Source of the DNA: a virus
Taxonomy: Duplodnaviria; Caudoviricetes
Reading direction: 5' to 3' (one strand)
Virus record (IMG/VR): IMGVR_UViG_3300042367_000196
Location: 1,998-65,997 of that record
Length of the DNA stretch: 64,000 nucleotides
Positions 58,077-64,000 of this stretch are shown here, one piece after another. Numbering within the stretch: the stretch's first letter is position 1; each line of letters opens with the position of its first letter. The notes below the pieces were generated by a model. That model had not been told where the DNA came from and did no database searches. It saw nothing but the letters and a program-made list of their open reading frames with translations. The position numbers were made by a program, and so were the translations under genes.

Positions 58077-58494
58077 AATAATTTTGCATTGTACCGCCAC
58101 GCCAGAGGGTAGAGAGACGACTGTTGATGACATCAGAAAATGGCATAAAGCTCAAGGATGGAGCGATATTGGTTACCATTATGTTGTATATCTTGACGGG
58201 ACAATACATAAAGGTAGGCCAATTGATAGAGTTGGTGCACATACACAAGGGCATAATGCTGGATCTATAGGTATAGTCTATGTTGGTGGAATTGATAAAA
58301 TGAGTCTGAAACCAAAAGACACTAGAACCATAAAACAAAAAGAAGCATTGTACGAGTTTCTTATGGAGCAGATGCTAATATATAAAGGCGCAACATTGCA
58401 TGGTCATAACGAGTTTGCGGCGAAAGCTTGCCCGAGTTTTAATGTTCAAAAAGAATATGCCGATATAATAAAATTCTACAAAAAGACTAAATAA
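58060..58494 (+). CDS. N-acetylmuramoyl-L-alanine amidase endolysin (T7 lysozyme-like)
   Basis: IILHCTAT, WSDIGYHY, GAHTQGHN, GHNEFAAKACPSF; start re-called at ATG 58060. Confidence 0.93.
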   Translation: MRPINKIILHCTATPEGRETTVDDIRKWHKAQGWSDIGYHYVVYLDGTIHKGRPIDRVGAHTQGHNAGSIGIVYVGGIDKMSLKPKDTRTIKQKEALYEFLMEQMLIYKGATLHGHNEFAAKACPSFNVQKEYADIIKFYKKTK

Positions 58495-58495
58495 T

Positions 58496-58529
58496 AAAAA
58501 AAGGGACCACATTTGTGAATCCCTTTTTT
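58496..58529. terminator. Bidirectional intrinsic terminator at the convergence point
   Basis: A7-GGGA-CCACATTTGTGAA-TCCC-T6 between the amidase (+) and nrdA (-). Confidence 0.8.
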
Positions 58530-58549
58530 ATTTTCAAAAGTGTATAGCA

Positions 58550-60277
58550 TTAACCGTCGCAGGACAAACAACCCTCATCCATTGCTTTTGCTGCAATATC
58601 TCCTCTTAAAACACTCTCTGTTCTTGTGTAGTATAAAGTCTTAACTCCTTTTTTCCAAGCGTCCATGTGAACTGTATTAAGCCACTTTGGTGTTGCTTCA
58701 CTTGGGAAAGCTAAATTCAAACTTACCGATTGATCAATATACTGTTGTCTTATACCGGCTTGATTAACCAATTCTAACTGATTAATTTCTTTAAACGTTT
58801 TAAAAACCTCTTTAACAGGTATATCGTGATTACCAACTAAAACACCTTCAAGTTCGTCTATATCTTGTATTGATCCTCCATCAGCTAATATCTTATTCCA
58901 TATTGCATCAGTGTTTAAATCGTTGTCTTCAAGAACTTGTTCTAATGTTGGATTCTTTCTAATGAAAGTTCCTTTAGCGCTTTGTTCTGTAAAAACATTA
59001 GCCGCCCAAGGCTCTATTCCAGAAGATACGTTACCACTAAGCTTACTATTTGAAACAGTAGGAGCAATAGCACGTAAATGGGTATTGCGCATACCAGAGC
59101 CAACACACCACAAAGGCTCACCGTAAACCTCAGCCAAAGCTCTACTGGCTCTTTCACTTTCGATCTTAATTTGCGAAAATATTTTCCTAGTCTCAAACTG
59201 AGCAAGTAAACCTTCAAAAGGAATACCCTTCTCTTGTAAGTATGTGTGCCATCCGAGTACTCCCAAGCCCAATGCTCGTCCTTTTTGTGCAGATCGAACA
59301 GAATTTTCGAATCCGCGTAATCCCTTTGCACGTTGAATAAATTCTTCCATAACTCCATCAAGAAACCATGTGGCGTCATATACAAGATTAGTGTCTTTCC
59401 ATTCTTCATATTTAGCTAAATTTAATGATGATAAGCAACATACAAAACTGTGACTCTCATCTGTATGCAACGTAATTTCACTGCATATATTTGTCATGTG
59501 GACTTTTAATCCGTTATCCTTGTATGCTTTAGGATTAGCTTTATTAACATTTCCTTTAAACATGATATACGGCTCTCCAGTTGCTTTTCGCTTTCTAAGA
59601 AGTTTGCTCCATCTATTCCTAGCTTCTGCATCTCCTTGTTCAAGCTTACGCATAAATTTATCACCAACAACTGCGCATTGATGTAGATTAAGCGCTTGTC
59701 TGTTAACATCGCCTTTTGGCTCTCTAATTTCAAGCCACTCTTCAAAATCTCTGTGTTCAATGTTAATATTAACCGAGGCAGCTCCTCTGCGGACGCTTCC
59801 TTGATTTGTTGCAAGAATTGTTGAATCATATATCTTGCAGAATGGGACGACTCCATCTGATGTTCCATTACCTGTTATTTTACTGCCAGCGGGTCTAATT
59901 TGATTAACACCGATACCAACTCCACCGCCGTGCTTAGCGAGTAGCATCATCTCTAAATTTTTCTGTCCAATGTCTTGAATGCTATCGGCTACATCAATAC
60001 CAAAGCAACTAATTGGTAATCCTCGATCTGTGCCTGTATTAGACAACACTGGTGAAGCTAAACATAGCCAACCATTCCAAATGTATTCAAAAAACTTTTC
60101 TGCTAGTTCTGGCTTGTATAAACGTCTCGCTACTGTTGTAGCAACTCTCATATAAGCATCTCTTGGTGTTTCATCAAACACTAAATATCCTCCAGTAATA
60201 GTTTTCTTATACACTTCTGTATCACCCCAAGTAGGATAATCTACTCCTTTAACCCATTCATCATTCCATGTACTCAT
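58550..60277 (-). CDS. nrdA: Ribonucleotide reductase class I alpha subunit (no ATP cone)
   Basis: PISCF, TNICSEI, AIAPTVSNS, IDQSVSLN, KTLYY and C-terminal CLSCDG. Confidence 0.95.
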   Translation of the reverse strand: MSTWNDEWVKGVDYPTWGDTEVYKKTITGGYLVFDETPRDAYMRVATTVARRLYKPELAEKFFEYIWNGWLCLASPVLSNTGTDRGLPISCFGIDVADSIQDIGQKNLEMMLLAKHGGGVGIGVNQIRPAGSKITGNGTSDGVVPFCKIYDSTILATNQGSVRRGAASVNINIEHRDFEEWLEIREPKGDVNRQALNLHQCAVVGDKFMRKLEQGDAEARNRWSKLLRKRKATGEPYIMFKGNVNKANPKAYKDNGLKVHMTNICSEITLHTDESHSFVCCLSSLNLAKYEEWKDTNLVYDATWFLDGVMEEFIQRAKGLRGFENSVRSAQKGRALGLGVLGWHTYLQEKGIPFEGLLAQFETRKIFSQIKIESERASRALAEVYGEPLWCVGSGMRNTHLRAIAPTVSNSKLSGNVSSGIEPWAANVFTEQSAKGTFIRKNPTLEQVLEDNDLNTDAIWNKILADGGSIQDIDELEGVLVGNHDIPVKEVFKTFKEINQLELVNQAGIRQQYIDQSVSLNLAFPSEATPKWLNTVHMDAWKKGVKTLYYTRTESVLRGDIAAKAMDEGCLSCDG

Positions 60278-60566
60278 CTAAATCTATTTTATATTTACTA
60301 TCTAATTTTAATTCGTCAATAAGCTCGTGACAAATTTTTGTGTTGTATATGTTCCATGCTTTCTGATCGAGCTCAGGTTTGTGAACTTTCATTCTTTCAA
60401 ATAACTCATCTACCTTGCATAATAAAGGCCTGTCTTCATATATAGAACAGGTTTTATTATCTTTTTCTAGGTGTTCACAAGCGCCGTCCCCCCTATCTGG
60501 CATAAGACCTTTTGCTCCGATTGTCATACAACACGCACCGCAACCGGAACATAAGAATTTACTCAT
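60261..60566 (-). CDS. YkgJ/CxxCxxCC Fe-S or zinc cluster protein
   Basis: FLCSGCGACC...ACEHL...CSIYEDRPLLC. Confidence 0.85.
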   Translation of the reverse strand: MSKFLCSGCGACCMTIGAKGLMPDRGDGACEHLEKDNKTCSIYEDRPLLCKVDELFERMKVHKPELDQKAWNIYNTKICHELIDELKLDSKYKIDLDEYME

Positions 60567-60816
60567 TAGTTAATGATTTGTCTACGAAGTTAGCAAGCTC
60601 TTCAACAGCTTTCTCTTCAGCATACTTAGGATCCATTCTGTTTTTCAACTCAGCAATCGCTTCAGCATAACCCGGCATAAGTTCAATAGTCTTTATTATA
60701 CCTATGTTCAACGTAGATAAATGCTGATTCTCTTCCATAAGATTCAATACAGCTTTCTTTAATACTTCGATCTTTTTTTCTAGTTGATCTACTCTACTTT
60801 GTTTTTGTGCACTCAT
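60559..60816 (-). CDS. Coiled-coil hypothetical protein
   Basis: ORF track; co-oriented. Confidence 0.65.
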   Translation of the reverse strand: MSAQKQSRVDQLEKKIEVLKKAVLNLMEENQHLSTLNIGIIKTIELMPGYAEAIAELKNRMDPKYAEEKAVEELANFVDKSLTNE

Positions 60817-60837
60817 AATTAAATTGTTTTTTTATTA

Positions 60838-61806
60838 TTACCATATATCTTCAAAGTCTTCGTTTTCGCCAGCTTTCGAATAATCTGTCGGCCTAATTGC
60901 GAAAAAATCAGTATGAGTAACCCCCCCGGTAAGATGGTAGAACCAATCAAGATTAGCTGCTGCTTCCTTGTTAAACGGGAAATACGATCCCAAGTCGACA
61001 TAACCAAGCTCATATAGTTTTTCATTAGTTCTTTTTCTTATAAATTGAATTAGATCATAAGATTTGATACCTTCTATCTCTCCGGCTTCAAACATTTTGT
61101 CTATATATTTTGTCTCTAATTCTATCATTGTTTCGGCAGCAGCAACAACATCAGCCCTGCAAGCTTCCAATAGATCTTTATCTTCGTCGCACATGTGACG
61201 GAATAATTGACAGCCCATTTTACTGTGTAATGATTCATCTCTTACACTCCATTTCATTTGTTGACCAATGCCTTTTAGCAGATTACGTAATTGAAAAGAA
61301 TATAACACTGCAAAAGCAGAATAAAGACTGACACCTTCAGCAAACGCGGAGAATATTGCCAACGATTTACCAATTGCAACAGTATCACTACTATTAGTAG
61401 CAACCAAATTATTAAAACGCCTAGCAGTTGCTGGCTCATGCAAAAATGCTTCATAATTTTCTAGTCCTAATGTTTCATTCAAATAACTATAAGCTACAGC
61501 ATGAACAGTTTCTTGTGATCCAAACATCATAGCCATTTGTTGAATCTCGTGTTTTGGAAACCACTTTACAACTTTTTGTGTCCAATAATCTGAAACAGCA
61601 CATTCAGTTTGAGCAAAGCCTAATAAGATATTTCCTACTAGACTTTTCTCTTTACTGGTTAACTTTTCGTTCCAATCTTTAATATCACTTTGCATTGATA
61701 TTTCAGTATGCAACCAAAAAGCCTGAGCTTGTTTCAACCAACCCTCCGTATAATATTCAGGATATTCAAACGGTTTGTACGCGACGCGCTCATTAAATAA
61801 TCCCAT
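60838..61806 (-). CDS. nrdB: Ribonucleotide reductase class I beta subunit
   Basis: QETVHAVAYSY, AEGVSLYSAF, VRDESLH and DFFAIRPTDY motifs. Confidence 0.95.
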   Translation of the reverse strand: MGLFNERVAYKPFEYPEYYTEGWLKQAQAFWLHTEISMQSDIKDWNEKLTSKEKSLVGNILLGFAQTECAVSDYWTQKVVKWFPKHEIQQMAMMFGSQETVHAVAYSYLNETLGLENYEAFLHEPATARRFNNLVATNSSDTVAIGKSLAIFSAFAEGVSLYSAFAVLYSFQLRNLLKGIGQQMKWSVRDESLHSKMGCQLFRHMCDEDKDLLEACRADVVAAAETMIELETKYIDKMFEAGEIEGIKSYDLIQFIRKRTNEKLYELGYVDLGSYFPFNKEAAANLDWFYHLTGGVTHTDFFAIRPTDYSKAGENEDFEDIW

Positions 61807-61946
61807 TATTTATCAATCTCTATTGCTATGTCTATAAATGGTAAGTAAATCACCCATGTTGTATAATCTTTTTCCTCATACGCTCTGAAACCAAATAATA
61901 TTCCAGGATATAATCCTATTGCTATTGTGTACCCTTTTTCTTCCAT
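61806..61946 (-). CDS. Small hypothetical protein (46 aa)
   Basis: MEEKGYTIAIGLYPGILFGFRAY...IYLPFIDIAIEIDK; stop overlaps the nrdB start. Confidence 0.55.
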   Translation of the reverse strand: MEEKGYTIAIGLYPGILFGFRAYEEKDYTTWVIYLPFIDIAIEIDK

Positions 61947-62061
61947 TATTTATACATATTTATTACTTCCATTAATTCTTTATACTTAACTTTTCCTTTT
62001 ACCTCTATGCTCCACTTAACAAATTTATCGACTTGTCTTTCAGCATATTTCCTTTTAGCTA

Positions 62062-62502
62062 TTATTTTCGCTTGCCTAGGATTATCTCTATTGTCTTGTC
62101 GCATTCTGCTTGATTTTGTGGTTTATATAACGCTCTCTTGTCTTCTTCTATAGACATTAAATACTTAAACATTTTCCAACGCAAAGGAAAAGATTCATTA
62201 GCCCTACCTTTTGTTTCTATTATAAAGTCTTCACCAATGAAATCTGGTGTGTATTTTATATTAAGAACTTTTTTAAGTCCTCTATTTATAAAATCACCTT
62301 TGCCATTTGATTGCCTTTCGTAACAATCATTGCTAAAATTAAAACCAGGTAATAATTCAAATGTTTCGCCTTCATATTTAAAATCAATTTTAGCGTTTTT
62401 TAATGCTTTGTACATATACTTTTCTAATCCAGAAGCAAAGGTGACACCATTATATATCACCTTTTTTGCAACTACTGGACCTTTTTTTCTACTCTTTGTC
62501 AT
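62062..62502 (-). CDS. T7 endonuclease I-like nuclease/resolvase
   Basis: FASGLE, YTPDF and IIETKG motifs; start re-called at MTKSRKK. Confidence 0.85.
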   Translation of the reverse strand: MTKSRKKGPVVAKKVIYNGVTFASGLEKYMYKALKNAKIDFKYEGETFELLPGFNFSNDCYERQSNGKGDFINRGLKKVLNIKYTPDFIGEDFIIETKGRANESFPLRWKMFKYLMSIEEDKRALYKPQNQAECDKTIEIILGKRK

Positions 62503-62878
62503 GCCCACACCAATCACACTGCCATCTAACAGAGTCAATATCATCTATGGTAAAAGAATAATGATCACCTCTGCCAACAATATATTTTTCTTTTTTTGGA
62601 GGGCTCTGTTCAAAGTTGTCTATTACATCAATATCCTGTAATTCATTAAGCAAAGCTTTTTCTTCTCTTAACGTGGAAATTTCTTCTTTTAATCGCTGTA
62701 AATATAATGTCGCATCCATTAATTCTTCTTGAAGATGATTAAGCCAAACATATATATCAGAATTATCATCTCTTAATGTTTTACCGTATTTAGCATAGCC
62801 AACGTCTGAACGATCAACAAACTTGTTTACAACACATTGTACAACTGGGTCTCTGAATTTAATTTTTTGTTTTCTCAT
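62489..62878 (-). CDS. Hypothetical protein, possibly all-alpha NTP-pyrophosphatase-like
   Basis: RSDVGYAKYGKTL...WLNHLQEELMDATLYL. Confidence 0.6.
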   Translation of the reverse strand: MRKQKIKFRDPVVQCVVNKFVDRSDVGYAKYGKTLRDDNSDIYVWLNHLQEELMDATLYLQRLKEEISTLREEKALLNELQDIDVIDNFEQSPPKKEKYIVGRGDHYSFTIDDIDSVRWQCDWCGHDKE

Positions 62879-62879
62879 T

Positions 62880-63917
62880 TTATAATGTAGATGTTAAATG
62901 GTTATTTACAAATCGTCCGCCAATTGTTGTAGAACCTGTTGTGCTTTTTACAAAAGTACCGTTTTGCATTTCGCCTGTTCTATCTTTAATGACTGTGTAA
63001 GCTGAGGTAATGCAATCTTCAATGTCAAAACCTTCTAGATGTGCTAAATTAGTTAATACAACAACCATATCACCAATCGCATCTTTAATCTCTGGCTTGT
63101 CTCTTTTAAGAATAGCTTGTGCTAATTCTCCGGCTTCTTCCATTAATTTTACATATTGAGTCTTCGAATCTCCTGAAGCATATATACCTTTATTAGCAGC
63201 CCAATCTCTTATTAAATCATAAACATTTGGTAGTTCATCTTCGTTTTTTCTACGCTCTGCCTCAAGCATTGCTTTCTCAAAGCTCTGTAATGTATCTTTA
63301 ATACTTTTCTTAGCGTTTTGTAATCTCTCTTCTTGGCTTCTTAGATTTGCTTTTAAAATAGTATCTCTTACCAGATCATCAATTTGATCCATAACATCGA
63401 TATGTCCGTTAACTTCAATATTCTCAGCAGGAACTAAAGGTTGATTAAAATGTTTGTACCATTCTGCCAATGCTTTGTTATAGATAAAACTTCTGCCGCT
63501 GTTAAACATTGATGTAGACGCGTTTTTAACGATCCATTCAGCCATATCTTGATCTAATATATACTTGCCGTATTGTGTCTCAAAATTAAGCCCCATTGCG
63601 TCCATAAGCTGTCCTTTAAGTTTATTTACTGGACAAGGAAACGTTACTGTTTGTTCTGTTACATTTAATTTCATTTGTTTTTTGGTTTTAAATTTATTCA
63701 TTAAACTTTTATAAGTATCACGATCTATCTTATAGCCGTAGAGTAGTTGAAGCTCTGCTTCCCTATTAGATATATAATCAATATCTAAACTGGTTTCCAG
63801 AACTTCGTATTCGCTAGGCTGGTACCCTTGTTGTACCGTTAATCTATTTTTAAGATTACGTGTTACTCCTATTTTTTTACCAGGAATATGGTAAAGATAA
63901 TAAATTATTTGATTCAT
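62880..63917 (-). CDS. Fusion of a GIY-YIG-like N-terminal domain and a C-terminal MazG-like NTP pyrophosphohydrolase
   Basis: N-terminal YYLYHIPGKKIGVT...REAELQ; C-terminal KLMEEAGELAQAI...DAIGDMVVVL. Confidence 0.75.
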   Translation of the reverse strand: MNQIIYYLYHIPGKKIGVTRNLKNRLTVQQGYQPSEYEVLETSLDIDYISNREAELQLLYGYKIDRDTYKSLMNKFKTKKQMKLNVTEQTVTFPCPVNKLKGQLMDAMGLNFETQYGKYILDQDMAEWIVKNASTSMFNSGRSFIYNKALAEWYKHFNQPLVPAENIEVNGHIDVMDQIDDLVRDTILKANLRSQEERLQNAKKSIKDTLQSFEKAMLEAERRKNEDELPNVYDLIRDWAANKGIYASGDSKTQYVKLMEEAGELAQAILKRDKPEIKDAIGDMVVVLTNLAHLEGFDIEDCITSAYTVIKDRTGEMQNGTFVKSTTGSTTIGGRFVNNHLTSTL

Positions 63918-63934
63918 TGTACATATATATTAAA

Positions 63935-64000
63935 TTATTTTCCTACGCTTAATTCTGCTTTTATTGCTGGTAGCGGATGATAGTCTCTTATCTCTATGTC
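63935..64000 (-). CDS. thyA: 3' end of thymidylate synthase (runs off the right edge)
   Basis: DIEIRDYHPLPAIKAELSVGK-stop matches the ThyA C-terminal pattern; only 21 aa are visible. Confidence 0.6.
   Translation of the reverse strand, partial: DIEIRDYHPLPAIKAELSVGK

Noticed and set aside
14333-62641. Numerous short antisense or alternate-frame ORFs inside long genes (for example 17315-17632, 51666-52139, 59014-59409)
   Set aside because: They are fully nested in well-supported genes and show no motifs or leader signals.
1-64000. Prophage or integrative element
   Set aside because: No integrase, repressor cassette, att-like junction or host genes are seen; the window is entirely phage-like, although part of the genome lies outside it.

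Overview
This window is most of a lytic, AT-rich Bacteroidota (probably Flavobacteriaceae) podovirus-type phage genome. Its gene content (GroEL/GroES, class Ia RNR, T7-like primase-helicase, own sigma-70, giant ejection protein) resembles Cellulophaga phi38:1-like phages; this assignment is from recognised motifs, not a database search. Layout: (i) 1-13.8 kb, minus strand: replication/recombination genes, a sigma factor and about 35 small presumed early genes; (ii) about 13.85-14.3 kb: non-coding divergence region; (iii) 14.3-58.5 kb, plus strand: tail fibres, lysis genes, chaperonins, small basic virion proteins, terminase, portal, scaffold, major capsid, tail and ejection proteins, amidase; (iv) 58.5-64 kb, minus strand: nrdA/nrdB, endonuclease, MazG fusion and the thyA 3' end. 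The most interesting signals are mostly outside the ORF track. They are: 12 copies of a rigidly spaced, non-host promoter-like motif (RCA-N4-WAAWACGA-N9-GATAATA), together with a sigma-region-2-like segment in the 2777-aa putative ejected protein, which suggests a virion-delivered sigma factor; a 132-nt tRNA-like RNA with a hairpin inserted in its D-loop and an expanded anticodon arm; two further candidate structured RNAs; three copies of an inverted-repeat site, one covering the start codon of an HTH gene; a strand-polarised 10-mer GTGTATAGCA embedded in all three reading frames; and recurring SP[ALF]K and MASK peptide motifs suggesting proteolytic processing or capsid targeting. All functional interpretations are hypotheses. 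No CRISPR array, integrase or reverse transcriptase was seen.
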